Assembly (NCBI RefSeq): GCF_001194135.2
Contig: NC_068987.1
Coordinates: 73,751,504-73,815,503, forward strand
DNA from: Octopus bimaculoides
Lineage: Eukaryota
Direction: 5' to 3'
DNA: 64,000 bases
The first letter of the stretch is position 1, and every line of letters begins with the position of its first letter. The translations under genes were made by a program, and so were the position numbers. The notes beneath the pieces were generated by a model. That model did not search any database, had not been told where the DNA came from, and was given only the letters and a program-made list of their open reading frames with translations. Positions 13,271-25,398 of this stretch are shown piece after piece.

Positions 13271-13754
13271 TGGTGAGGGTGAGGGTATTAAGTACTGTCG
13301 AGTGTATGAGAGAAGGTGTTGGTAGTTTTAGTTTTCTAGACAAGAGTAAACAGTAAGAATAGGCTAAAGAGGGTGGCAGGAAAATTAGTGGAATTGTTGG
13401 TTAGATTTCTGGAATGTTCTTGGAGAATTAGTGGAGTGTAGTGGAGTGGTGGTGGTGGTGGTGGTGGTGGTGGCGGGGAAACGGAGGGGAATAAGACAGA
13501 TGAGGAGGTTTAAGAAAATAGGGACGGAGAAGGGAGAGAGTTAGGAAGGGAAGGTCGAGGAAGGGAGAATCGTAATGAAGAAGAAAGTAAAAGTCCGAGA
13601 GGAAGAATTAAAAGATGAGGGAAAGAAAACAAAAGTAAAGAGAGAAGGAAAGAGAGGGGAGGGAAAAGGAAGAGAGAAGAAAGAGATAGAGGTATTGGAG
13701 GAACATAAGAGCTGGGGGAAATTTTGGGAGTCGTTAATATAATCATTGACTGAG

Positions 13755-13968
13755 GGCGGGCGATTTGGCAGAGTCGTTACTGCGCCGGGTTAAATGCTTA
13801 GCGGCATTTTGTCCGTCTTTACGTTCTGAGTTCAAATTGCGCCGAGGTCGACTTTGCCTTTCATCCCTTTTGAGGTCGATAAAATAAGCACCAGCTGAGC
13901 ACTGGGGCCGATTTAATCGATTTATCTTCGCCCCAAAGTTGCTGGCCTTGCACCAAAATTTGCAACCG
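13755..13968 (+). mobile_element. SINE-A full length
   Basis: Head, body and tail match other copies. Confidence 0.9.
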
Positions 13969-14059
13969 ACATAATCATAAACTGTGGACATCGTTGGTTA
14001 TTTACTGCGTGAAGGGGTGTTTCTCTTGCATATGTCAGAAATGTGTTACTTCTTTACCG

Positions 14060-15310
14060 CATCTACCTCACAGATGTACAATAACTATATCAGACTTGTA
14101 TTACAACTCTGTTATAATTGTCTCATAATTATACCAGAGCTGNNNNNNNNNNNNNNNNNNNNNNNNNNNNNNNNNNNNNNNNNNNNNNNNNNNNNNNNNN
14201 NNNNNNNNNNNNNNNNNNNNNNNNNNNNNNNNNNNNNNNNNNNNNNNNNNNNNNNNNNNNNNNNNNNNNNNNNNNNNNNNNNNNNNNNNNNNNNNNNNNN
14301 NNNNNNNNNNNNNNNNNNNNNNNNNNNNNNNNNNNNNNNNNNNNNNNNNNNNNNNNNNNNNNNNNNNNNNNNNNNNNNNNNNNNNNNNNNNNNNNNNNNN
14401 NNNNNNNNNNNNNNNNNNNNNNNNNNNNNNNNNNNNNNNNNNNNNNNNNNNNNNNNNNNNNNNNNNNNNNNNNNNNNNNNNNNNNNNNNNNNNNNNNNNN
14501 NNNNNNNNNNNNNNNNNNNNNNNNNNNNNNNNNNNNNNNNNNNNNNNNNNNNNNNNNNNNNNNNNNNNNNNNNNNNNNNNNNNNNNNNNNNNNNNNNNNN
14601 NNNNNNNNNNNNNNNNNNNNNNNNNNNNNNNNNNNNNNNNNNNNNNNNNNNNNNNNNNNNNNNNNNNNNNNNNNNNNNNNNNNNNNNNNNNNNNNNNNNN
14701 NNNNNNNNNNNNNNNNNNNNNNNNNNNNNNNNNNNNNNNNNNNNNNNNNNNNNNNNNNNNNNNNNNNNNNNNNNNNNNNNNNNNNNNNNNNNNNNNNNNN
14801 NNNNNNNNNNNNNNNNNNNNNNNNNNNNNNNNNNNNNNNNNNNNNNNNNNNNNNNNNNNNNNNNNNNNNNNNNNNNNNNNNNNNNNNNNNNNNNNNNNNN
14901 NNNNNNNNNNNNNNNNNNNNNNNNNNNNNNNNNNNNNNNNNNNNNNNNNNNNNNNNNNNNNNNNNNNNNNNNNNNNNNNNNNNNNNNNNNNNNNNNNNNN
15001 NNNNNNNNNNNNNNNNNNNNNNNNNNNTATCATAACATCGCAGCTTTACCACAAGAACATCACAAATATAACATTCTTTATCACGTTTGTATGACAACTA
15101 CATCACAAATTAATCATAATTACATTACAGCTGTATAACAACATTATACCTAGTTCATAACTACATCACAACTCTACCAATATTATCACAACTGTATTTT
15201 AACTATAACACAGCCTATAACATGGCTGTGCTTAAACTGTCGCAAATGTATTACATCATATCAGATCAATACTGTATCACATCTTAGCAGCACCATAACA
15301 TTATAGCAGT
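14060..15310. repeat. Degenerate short-period satellite spanning a gap
   Basis: tatcacaact/acatcacagct-like words on both sides of gap 14143-15027. Confidence 0.6.
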
Positions 15311-16010
15311 ATTACGATTGTCTTTGAACATTAATCTCTGTTTCCCGCCCATTTCATCTGTCCATCTTTCCTCCCATCAATCACTTCCTTCTCCAGTACC
15401 TCATTATATTATCATTTATCCACCTCCTACCCTCTGCTTTTACCTATCAAACATCAAACAATTAAGCGTTTTGCCTCTGGTGGTGAACTGATCAGTAAAA
15501 GGGAGAGAATATCTTCTCGCTTATGCAAAGTTGAAGAATAGGCAAATTTAACTTTTAATCTAAACTTCTAATTTTTTTTCTTTTTCCTACACAAAATAGA
15601 ATAAAGTTCCTAATGTCTTTTTGTGGTAGATAGCCACGTATACTGCTGTTTCATCTTTCTTTGGAATCGCCAGCACGGCATAATAAAAGACACACATTTA
15701 TTAAGCTAAATTCAATATTCTACGAAACTTCAAAAAAAAAAAAAATAAGGAAAAATAAAGAGAGAATGTAGAAGATAGATAATAGGTTAAAAGATATATT
15801 TCATCTTCTCTTTTTAATTTTTAGTTTTCTGTATAATGCTCTAAATTTTCCAATATTTCCTTGTAACTCATCTTTTCAAAATAAACCCAATACTCTTTCA
15901 TTGGTTCAATATATCTCTACCTACAGGTTACCTCCTCAAGATACAGCCAAACAGAAACTCGAGAGATAAAGAGGGAACATAGGTGTGTGTATATATATGT
16001 GTGTGTGTAT

Positions 16011-16088
16011 ATGAGGTGTGAACTCACCTCACGTCACACGGATCCTGGTTACCTTTCACGCCGGTCAACCCTCACCCGGCGACGATGA
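16011..16088 (+). promoter_or_regulatory. Putative 25-aa upstream ORF whose stop overlaps the main ATG (ATGA)
   Basis: ATG 16011, MRCELTSRHTDPGYLSRRSTLTRRR, TGA 16086-16088 overlapping ATG 16085-16087; possible UTR acceptor ctctacctacAG at 15925-15926. Confidence 0.4.
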
Positions 16089-16253
16089 GGTCTCGTCTCA
16101 CTGCTGTTATCGGCGGCGGCAGTGGAAGTAGTCATCATCGTAGTCTCCGTGGTGGCGGTGGCGGTATTATAATAGTGATGGCGGTGATTGTTACCATGCT
16201 GACCTCGGCATTGACTCTGTCCGCCAACCAGACGAACACGAGTTCGACCGTCG
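16085..16253 (+). CDS. First coding exon (signal peptide) of iGluR/IR-like gene
   Basis: ATG-started frame MRSRLTAVIGGGSGSSHHRSLRGGGGGIIIVMAVIVTMLTSALTLSANQTNTSSTV; hydrophobic stretch, predicted cleavage near TLSA, N-glycosylation sequons NQT/NTS; ends at consensus donor G|GTGAGT, phase 1; locally CpG-rich. Confidence 0.75.
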
Positions 16254-16294
16254 GTGAGTATCAACACTTTCTTTTGTAGATCATTGCAGTTGTC

Positions 16295-16304
16295 GTCGGC
16301 GTCG

Positions 16305-16367
<63 letters not shown>

Positions 16368-16605
16368 GTAGCAGCAGCAACAACAGCAACAGCAGCTGTG
16401 GTTGCATCTCTAGTAGCAACATTACAACCATCATCATCATCATCATCATCATCATCACCACCACCACCACCACCACCAGCGTTATCATCATCAATGACAA
16501 CAACAACTACAACAACAACTACAACAACAATAACACCAATAACAACAACATCAACATCATCATCATCACCATCATCATCATCACCATCATCACCACCACC
16601 ACCAC

Positions 16606-16646
<41 letters not shown>

Positions 16647-16725
16647 TCATCATCATCAATGACAACAACAACAATAACACCAATAAGAACAACATCAACA
16701 TCATCATCAACACCATCATCACCGT
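16295..16725. repeat. Compound trinucleotide microsatellite (CAT/CAC/CAG/CAA)
   Basis: Directly visible. Confidence 0.95.
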
Positions 16726-16979
16726 CCTCATACTAAGGCAAACCTTGAATTCCGCAAACTGTGTACCACAAGGACCTATCCTCTCGTCCATTCCATTTGA
16801 TTTACAACATATGTGTCTCAGCCTTCCACCATTCTCTAATCCTATTTCAAGCGCCTAGAAAATTAAGTTCTTAGTTTTTGAAAGTATGAAAATACTGAAG
16901 ATTTAGTTTTTGAAAATACCAAGGAGTAAAATAACAGTGCAGTGCTAGAAAAGAAGGGAAAACAAGAAAGATTATGATA

Positions 16980-17047
16980 CGAGGTGGTGGCCTGAAAAGT
17001 TCCTGGCTTTAGGTAAAAGAAAATACAAGAGGATCGGTCAATTATAA
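16980..17047. mobile_element. Mariner terminal fragment
   Basis: TA-CGAGG..CTGAAAAGTTCCTGGCTTT..GGTAAAAGAAAATACA, same end as the 47082 element. Confidence 0.7.
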
Positions 17048-17237
17048 CTAGTGGGACCCGTGAATATTTCACGGAATTAATGGTGAACTCATTGTTTTGT
17101 TCTTTTCCTGAAAACATTATCCAAAAACCCTGGAGGCGTAGCCTGTGTTGTGTCTGTATCGATAGATCGTCGCTCATTTGCTAATCATTGAAAAGTGGAA
17201 GAAATTAGAATACAATTATTACTTAATGCACTTTATA

Positions 17238-17364
17238 CAGGGCGTCCACAAGGTCTCGGTACATGGAGTAAATAAAATCATAACATAAACAATTAAATAT
17301 AACAAACAATAATTTCTTAAAGTATGTGTTAATCTCCATGTACCCAGACTTTGCGGACACCCTG
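17238..17364. mobile_element. Tc1/mariner MITE
   Basis: ~31-bp TIRs CAGGGCGTCCACAAGGTCTCGGTACATGGAG / CTCCATGTACCCAGACTTTGCGGACACCCTG, TA on both sides. Confidence 0.88.
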
Positions 17365-17619
17365 TATATACACTTTATGCACAATTTTATAGACTTAATA
17401 CACAACACTCTCCCGCTTTCTCTCTCACTCTTTGCCTTACCTTCTTTTTCTCTCTTCTTTTTCTTTCGCTCTTCGCTTTTCCCTATAGCTAATCCTGTGA
17501 AAGCGTTACAGACGGGCTAAGTTACGGAGAAAAAACCTAGTTTAAAAAAAATATACATTTCATTCACCACCCCTTCTCCTTCCCCTGTCTACCATTTCTC
17601 TCCTCTCTTCTCTCAGGCG

Positions 17620-19612
17620 CCTGTAGCGGCATTCATTTCCGAATCGGAGTGAAATTCCGCCGGGGTCGACTTTGCCTTTCATTCTTTCGGGGTCGATGAA
17701 TAAGTGCTAGTAAAACACAGGGGTCAATGGGATCGACTAGTCCCCTCCCCAAATTTCAGGCCTTGTGCCCATTGTAGAAAGGATTATTTACACTACCCTT
17801 TTTAGAATCGATATCAAAATGTTTAGAGACTTTCTGCTTATATTGTTAAAAGTTACCCGTAACTATGGCTACTACATATAAGAGAATTGAGGTCGTCAGT
17901 GGTAGCGTCAAACGTACACGTCAATCCACACCGAGCCAATATAAAGCAGAACAGTTCATGGTGCTTTAGTCGCATGGGAGGTGCCGTTCATCTTTTCTGT
18001 GTCGATTAAATAAATACCAATTGAGCACTGGGATCTATGTAATCGACTTGTTCCCTTCCCTCAAAGTTGCAGACCTTTTGCCAAAAATTAGGTGTGATTT
18101 ATTGCTGACCCCATTTTTTGCACGGAGCTGATTTAGCCGCGCTATTTGTGCCATGGTGAATCTGGCAATCGCAAAAGGATAAAAGGAAAAGAAAAAAAAA
18201 ACTCTCTGTAATTTCCCCTTCCTTTTGTTCCTAAAGCATGTGATTATTTTGGTTGATGGTTAATCCAATCTTGTTTGAAGTATTTAGTTACGGCTCTTTA
18301 TGTTCCCATTTCAAAACCCACCGAGGTCAACTTCGCCTTTCATCTTCCCGAGGTCAATAAATAAAATATCAAGCAACTAATAGGTACGATTTAATCGACT
18401 ATTCGCTTTCCAAACTATGTGGCATTGTGCCAGGGTTATAAATTATTATTTCAATGTAATTATGTACCTATTTACTTCTTTGTATTACCATTATATTTCG
18501 TTTTTCGTTTGCCTGAATATCAATTTTCGTGTAACCATTAATGCAGCATGATATGAAATGTTGAATAGATATTGGTTATGTTAGGATTGTAGGATTGGGT
18601 AAAAGGTAAAGTCCTACTTCGGTCATGAATGGCTACGGGATTGCACCTAGAAAGTTCCTCTCCGCGGTACAAGTCCGGACAAGGTTCTTTATGGAAGACC
18701 AGCAGTCGCGCATGCATATCAGTCTCCCCTCTCCACACCAAAGATGTTATCCAAGGGGAAAGCAAAGGCCGATACAGCTTGGCACCAGTGACATCACAAC
18801 TCATTTCTACAGATGAGTGAACTGGAACAACATAAAACAAAGTGTCTTGCTCAAGAGCACAACACTCAGCTCGGTCTGGGATTTGAACTCACTGCCTTAT
18901 GATTGTGAGCCCGACGCTCTAACCACTGAGCCATGCGCTTTCCAATTTCATAAAAAGTAGCATAAAATTTTGAAAGAGGATTGCATTGGGGTAGAAAGAA
19001 GCTCCGAATAGAAATTTTATGGGTAAACCTTCCGATATATGTAAAATTAGAGTGTAAATCACGTAGTTAATAATTTAATGTGCCATTTCAGAATATTTCT
19101 CTTTAAGAAATAAAAATAAACCAAACATTTGTTTCACTAACCCCTTATATTTTGATGGTTACATATTTTGAAGGCTGCTTTTCATCTTTTCGGGATCGAT
19201 AAAATAAGCACCAGCTGGACATTGTGACCAACATATTTGATTTTGTCCTTCCTCTCAAAATTGCTGGCCTCTGGATATAGCAGAGAAAGTTATTAGAAAC
19301 AATATAAGCAAAATAAAATATTTTTTGGTTGTTCCTCGAAACGCTGGAATTTTTTCAATCGTTTCGGTATTAAGTTGACAAGCCACGGTTTCTAGACTTG
19401 ACCCAAACTTGCGGATTAATTTTCAGGACTTTCATTTGAGGCCACTTGATATACTAAAGCTCTATTTCTTATAGTTAAGTATTCTATTGAATTGCATATT
19501 AAATTGTTAACGCATATTACAAAGGTAATGAGCTGGCAAAAATGTTAGCGTTTTTGGACAAAATGCTAACTGACGTTTCTTCTGGCGGTTTACATTCTGA
19601 GTTCAAATCTAT
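17620..19612 (+). mobile_element. SINE-A partial copies (17620-17790, 17975-18095, 18290-18445, 19170-19290, 19524-19612)
   Basis: Conserved GCCTTTCATC..TCGAT..AATAAGTACC core or head. Confidence 0.7.
18610..18945 (-). mobile_element. SINE family D (CORE-SINE-like) full length
   Basis: tRNA-like head TGGCTCAGTGGTTAG..GAGTTCAAATCC; central TGTGCTCTTGAGCAAGACACTT..CTCATCTGTAGAAATGAG resembles the MIR CORE domain. Confidence 0.85.
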
Positions 19613-20399
19613 AATTTGCTCGTAGTAGTTATTACCATTAATGGTTTTATTCAGCACATCTGTTGGTGAGCTATAAGCTAGACAAAGGAGATTAGGAATC
19701 TCCCTGAAATACTTCCCTGTAGGACTTCTTTTTCTCTGTAGTAATGTAGGTATTTATAATAAAGTGTGAAGAATCGACATATTCCTAGAGATAATCAAAT
19801 GGTGTAACATATTCCGAGGAGGTAATCCAAGGTTTAAGGTGTCCAAGAATTAAGTATTCCAAAGTATTTGTCGGATGGACGTGGAAGGTCTGCGTGAGCG
19901 TGCATCGCTTGTGATTGATTCGGTTATTTATAATTTTGGTATGGCATGATTGTTACATAGACTTAGTATAGTTGGTTTATTGGTACACATATTCTTCTGT
20001 ATCTAGTTTAGTTATTTGCTTATACGTATATAGTTGAAGGGTAGATGTCTCTGGTGATCTTGTTTTTTGGAAATCAATATTTTCCTCTTTAATAACTCTC
20101 CAGGAGATCGTTCTGCTCTGTTTACTAATTTCTTTAATGTCTTCAGCACATATTCATGAATATTGATTAGAAATTGGGAACCTCGATAATTCTAGGAGCT
20201 TTTCAGTTGTTATTGACGATAAGATAATCGATAAAATGAATAGAAAGAAAAGAAATAAAGAAATGGAAGATAATCTAATTACCTGTAAGATCGATATTAA
20301 TCATCATTAATAATATATCTATTTTCCTTGGTTTGTTACATACACTGAGATTTTCCTTTATCAAGACATGAATTTCTTACATTATTATTGTTATTGCAT

Positions 20400-21350
20400 G
20401 GGTAGCGAGCTGGCAGAATCGTTAACACAATGAGCAAAAAATGCTTAGCAGTATTTCGTCCGTCTAAGTTCAGATTCCACCGAGGTCAATTTTTGCCTTT
20501 CATTTTTTTCGGGGTCGATAAAATAAGTACCAGTTGAGGACTGGAGTCGATGTAATTGACTTAACCCTTCCCTGACATTGCTGGCTTTGTAGTATATGAT
20601 ATATATAGTTTTACATATTAATAAAGCATTTTAGGCACTTTATCCTTTGTTTTCCACATGCACCCATCGATTTTAATCTCAACAGAAAAAAAAAACTTTG
20701 GTCGTTTTGGCTACACATACCAAACACCGTGTGTCTCAAAAAGATTAAAATCGTTAGGGCGGCAAGCTAGCAGAATCGTTAGCACATCGGACAAAATGAG
20801 TTGAAATTTCGCCGAGGTTTGTTTTGCCTTTCATCTTTTCCAGGTCACTAAAATAAATATCAATCAAGTACCGGTGTCATGTAATAGACGTTCCCTTCTA
20901 CCCTCAAATCTGCTGTCCTTGTGTCAAAACTAGAAGAATCAGCACGTCGAACGAAATATGTAGTGGCATTTCTTCTGCCTCCTCGCATTGTGAGTTCAAA
21001 TATCGCCGAGATCAGCTTTGCCTGCTATTCTTTCGGAGTTGATAATTACTAGTTGAGCATTGGGGTCGATATTATTGACCTGCCCGTCCCCCTAAAATTG
21101 CTGGCCTGGTACCTAAACTTGAAACGAAAGGTGGTGATCTGGCAGAGTCATTAGCGCATAGGACAAAATACTTAGCAGCATTTCTTCCGGCTCTTTATGT
21201 CCTGAGTTTAAATTCCACCGGGGTTGATTATTTTGTTTTTCATCCTTTCGGGATCGATAGAATAAGTACTCGTTAGACTCCAGGGTCGATGTTATGGACT
21301 TATCGTCTACCCTAAAATTTTGGGCTTTGTACTAAAATTAGAAAGAATTA
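20400..21350 (+). mobile_element. SINE-A cluster: 20400-20592 and a tandem trio 20758-21350
   Basis: Repeated heads GGC(A/G)AGCT(A/G)GCAGAATCGTTA and tails GCTGGCCTTGTG. Confidence 0.85.
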
Positions 21351-21587
21351 TTTTAATTATATTTGTTTTCCTTGGTTTGATAAATAGGCAGAGATATTTT
21401 TTGCACAAATATGAATTTATTATATCTTTAAACACTCATAAATATGTTCAAAGTTACCGAAAATGCTGATGGCTTACAATTGTTGTGAGAATACCCTAAC
21501 AATGTTTACAGAACCTAATATTTTCTCGAAGATCGCTTATTTCTACTTTGTAGGTAAGTTGTCAATGTTTTTACAGAATTTGTTATA

Positions 21588-21953
21588 CAGAGTGGGGCAA
21601 AAGTCAAGTACTAAAACATTTGACATTTTGAGCTGGCAGAATCGTTAGCACGCTGGACTAAATGCTTAGCGGTATTTCGCTGTCGCTACGTTCTGAGTTC
21701 AAACTCTGTCGAGATCGGCTTTCCCTTTCCTCCTTTCGGGGTTGATGTGATCGACTCACCCACTCCCCACAAATTTCAGGCCTTGTGCCTATAATAGAAA
21801 GGATTATTATTCATTCTGTTCATCATATATACAAGTACGTGTGTAGCTATGATTATTTTATTTATTTTATCTAATTTTAGAAACATTGAAGCATGTCTTT
21901 GACAATTCTGGGGCGTATTGAACTTATTTTGTACGTAACTTTTGCCAACCCTG
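21588..21953. mobile_element. Tc1/mariner-like MITE with a nested SINE-A (21630-21810, +)
   Basis: TA-CAGAGTGGGGCAAAAGTCAAGTAC ... GTACGTAACTTTTGCCAACCCTG-TA imperfect TIRs. Confidence 0.6.
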
Positions 21954-22689
21954 TAAATTATTCCATTTATGCAAATTATAAAGGGAGTGACAAGCACATC
22001 CATTGTCTTCCATAATATTATTTTTCATTCAGAAATTCAGTAATGCGTCAGCTCACTTGTACGTAACATTAAGTTATTTAGTATTTCTCTGTCGATAGTT
22101 TATACACTATTGTCATTTTTATCAGGGAAGACTATTTTAGAGTTACCATGTGTTATCTGGTGGTGCATTCGTATACTAATGTACCTTAGTAGTTTTACAT
22201 CGTCATTTTATAAGGCAGATGAGTGTTCATAAGCATACAAAGGAAACATTTTTTTTTAACAATCGAAATAGCTGCATTGCTACGTTGCGAAGTTCCAATA
22301 GATTTGTTGTTTAAGATAGTTTAAGAAATCTTTGTACAATGTGTATTATTTTAGATCATTCTCATATATATATGCCTCTTTCCTTCGTTTGTTCACTTAC
22401 TTGCGCGCGTGCATGTGTGTTTATGCAAGTGAGTGGGCAAACGAAAGAAAGAGGTACTAAACACATTTTGTAGAAGTACATATACTTATATTTAATAACA
22501 GCTTGATTCGGCTCCATATAACATAATCTTCGTATGCTAGTCACACAAACGTAGCTCCTCAGGCATAGGCCACCTGAGTGAGTGGACAACTGAGAAGCTA
22601 GGTGTGGGCAGAATTTTAAGTATGTAGGCACAGTGTGGATCAATGTTTAAGAATTTATCTTCGCAATCTTGAAGTCTCACTTTTGATTC

Positions 22690-22945
22690 CATGCGTGGTG
22701 TCAAGAGCAAGTGTCATTTTCTTTAGCATCGAATTGACACATACCTTGTGAGTGAAAACTGTAGAGCGAAACTGTATGTAAACCCGTCGGATGGATTGCA
22801 ACTGTAATTTAAAGGTCCAGCCTTGTCACGCTGAGGAACACTGACTTTACCTGAGAATTACATTGTGGATAATCCAGGCACTTACACTCTTATTCAATGA
22901 GCCCGCTGGTTCAGTTGATCGAACAACCGAACACTCATGGTCGGT
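22690..22945 (+). mobile_element. Diverged SINE with B-like body and C-like tail
   Basis: ccttgtgagtgaaa..gaaactg..cccgtcg then ctgtaatttaaaggtccagccttgtcac..gttgatcgaacaac. Confidence 0.6.
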
Positions 22946-23049
22946 AATTCTTAACTAGATCCATTTTACTTTCAGTATATTTTGTAGTGATGGCCTCTGT
23001 GAGGTTATTGAATTAGCATATGGCCCGATGATCTCATTAAGTTTCCTAT

Positions 23050-24240
23050 GCATGATATACTGCTTCAGAATATATCTCTGATTTTATCCATTTGGAAAAC
23101 ATTGGCCTTGAACCGCAATTATCAGACTTTTCAGTCCCCTCTTTCAGCTGCAAAACGCCGAACCAGCTATGCCTCTGTAATCTGTCGTAATATGGTTTAT
23201 TTACTCGAATTGTCTGTATACACTTTCTTGGTTGCACTTTGATCCAATCCTTGATACAGCAAAAATAAATAACCTTCCAAACTTCAGTTTTCTCTAATGC
23301 GGTCATATTAGATCTCTCGACCATGATTAAACTCTTAGTTTATTCAGAGAAATCCAATAGTATCTTGCAGCCTCTTACTCGTGGTTCTACTATTTTTCTT
23401 ATACATTGAACCCAAACTTATTCACTACTTTCTAGTGTATTCTTTTTCTTACCGCCATCATACCTTATTTTATATTATTTAAGTGACATCTTGCTGCATT
23501 CACACAATCTTTGGTTGAATAGGTTTATCTATTTCGTCGCACATCCGTCATTTACTATTTTACTTTCCATTTACTATTTTCCCAACAGCTGTCTATGCAC
23601 ATAAAAAGAAATCTTCTAATCACATGTATATTCACAGCCAGTAATTTCTATTTTACTCATTAGTTCTTCATCTTTAATCCAAACTCATTGTTCTTCTGCC
23701 ATATCTTCTTGTTTGCCTGGTAAACTAACAAACCAACCAGTTTTCCATCTTTCTTTTTCTTTGTTGCCTTTTCTTCTACATATTCACCATTAATCTTTCT
23801 GGCTACACACGTTTCTGGATATGCCTCTTAAAGGCCTACAATTAGCAACTGTTCTATGCATATTACATCGAGTAGTTTTTAGCTCTTGCCTTTCTATATA
23901 CATTGCTTTATGGATGGAATTCATTTATTGCTAACAGCTTTCTGTTTCTATTAATTTAATCAAATTCCTTCTTTGTCCACCGAAGAAAGGTTGCAGAATA
24001 TATCTATACTGGTATTTTTTCTTGGTGTTGATGACTTATATTATAGTGTTTTGTTTTTTTAATATTCACTTCTGCTTCTAGGATTTTTCTGTCCTTATAT
24101 TTTTTCCTATCTTTATCTCTCCTTTCTGTTTCACTTCATCTTGCAACAATCTCTAGATATTAAAACCCTCGCTCTCCTTCAGAAACTCTATTACTTGATT
24201 ATTCCTTATTATATTTAAAGTAATGCCGTCATCTGGTTGT
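23050..24240 (-). mobile_element. Degenerate RLE-type (R4/Dong-like) LINE, RT end to endonuclease
   Basis: DDGITL..VIEFLKESEGF, WTKKEFD..RKLLAINEFHP, GCKILLDF...MVERSNMTALEK (decayed ILWDF/RRPDIV). Confidence 0.62.
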
Positions 24241-24311
24241 TATACACACATCTTCAGCCAACGTCTTGGTTGTTATACTCATAACATATATATATACATA
24301 TTCAGATAAAA

Positions 24312-24400
24312 TCCAGGCTACATATGTTTCATAGCTAACAGAACTTCGGAAGTAGTAATATCCAAACGAGGGTAGACTGTTAGCTACTCGTCAGGTCAAA
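24312..24400 (-). ncRNA. Type I hammerhead ribozyme motif with long loop II (family H2), core intact
   Basis: GAC-CUGACGA-GUAGCUAAC(39-nt loop)GUUAGCUAU-GAAAC-AUAU-GUA-GCC; 9-bp stem II, palindromic ACAUAUGU stem III, one stem I mismatch. Confidence 0.75.
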
Positions 24401-24794
24401 AATACCTTAGGCAAATGAAAGTTACATTGTCGTCAAGGGATCCTATGTTAACTCGCGGAAGATTTGATCGAAAATGCGTGGAAAGCACTGAGTGAGAGAA
24501 CAAAAGGGAAAACTTATTTGCGAAGAAATAATATATAGGAGTGAGCAAATGTCTAGTACTGAGTGGAAATATTTATCCCTAAACTCCCATATCGGCCTTT
24601 TGGTGCAAAATGCACTCTTGCTTATATCACTAGTCAATGACAAGAGCAAACAAGATCAATATCACGTGATCTGGTAGTCTCGGCCCTAGAGTTAGTGGGG
24701 TTTATCAGCAAGAGTACATTCTGCACCAGAAAGCTTGTATGAGAGTAACTACTGCAGTAAAGTTTGTTCTTAGAACATCCACATTTAAGTGGGG

Positions 24795-25398
24795 ATAAAT
24801 ATTGGTTTCAAAGTTTGGCAAAAGGCCAGCAAGTTGGGGGTGGGTGGGGGTAAGTTGACTACATCGACCTCAGTGCTCAACTGGTACTCTTTATCGACCC
24901 CGAAAGATTGAAAGGCAAAGTCGACCTTGGCGTAATTTGAACTCAGAACCAATAGATGGACGAATTGCCGATAAGCATTTCGCCCGGCGTGCTAATGATT
25001 CTTATTTCTTTATTGCCCACAAGGGGCTACACACAGAGGGGACAAACAAGGACAGACAACCGGATTAAGTCGATTATATCGACCCCAGTGTGTAACTGGT
25101 ACTTAATTTATCGACTCCGAAAGGATGAAAGGCAAAGTCGACCTCGGCGGAATTTGAACTCAGAACGTAGCGGCAGGCGAAATACCGCTAAGCATTTCGC
25201 CCGACGTGCTAAAGTTTCTTATTTCTTTATCGCCCACAAGGGGCAATAGAGGGGACAATAGAGGGGACAAACAAAGACAGACAAAGGGATTAAGTCGATT
25301 ATATCGACCCCAGTACGTAACTGGTACTTAATTTATCGACCCCGAAAGGATGAAAGGCAAAGTGCTAACGTGCTAACGTTTCTGCCAGCTCACCGCCT
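24795..25398 (-). mobile_element. SINE-A trimer with alternative tail
   Basis: Units joined by TTGTGGGC(A/G)ATAAAGAAATAAGAA directly to headless TTAGCACG. Confidence 0.88.

Noticed and set aside
19500-20200. Possible additional decayed retroelement ORF on the minus strand
   Set aside because: Manual translation gave no convincing motif
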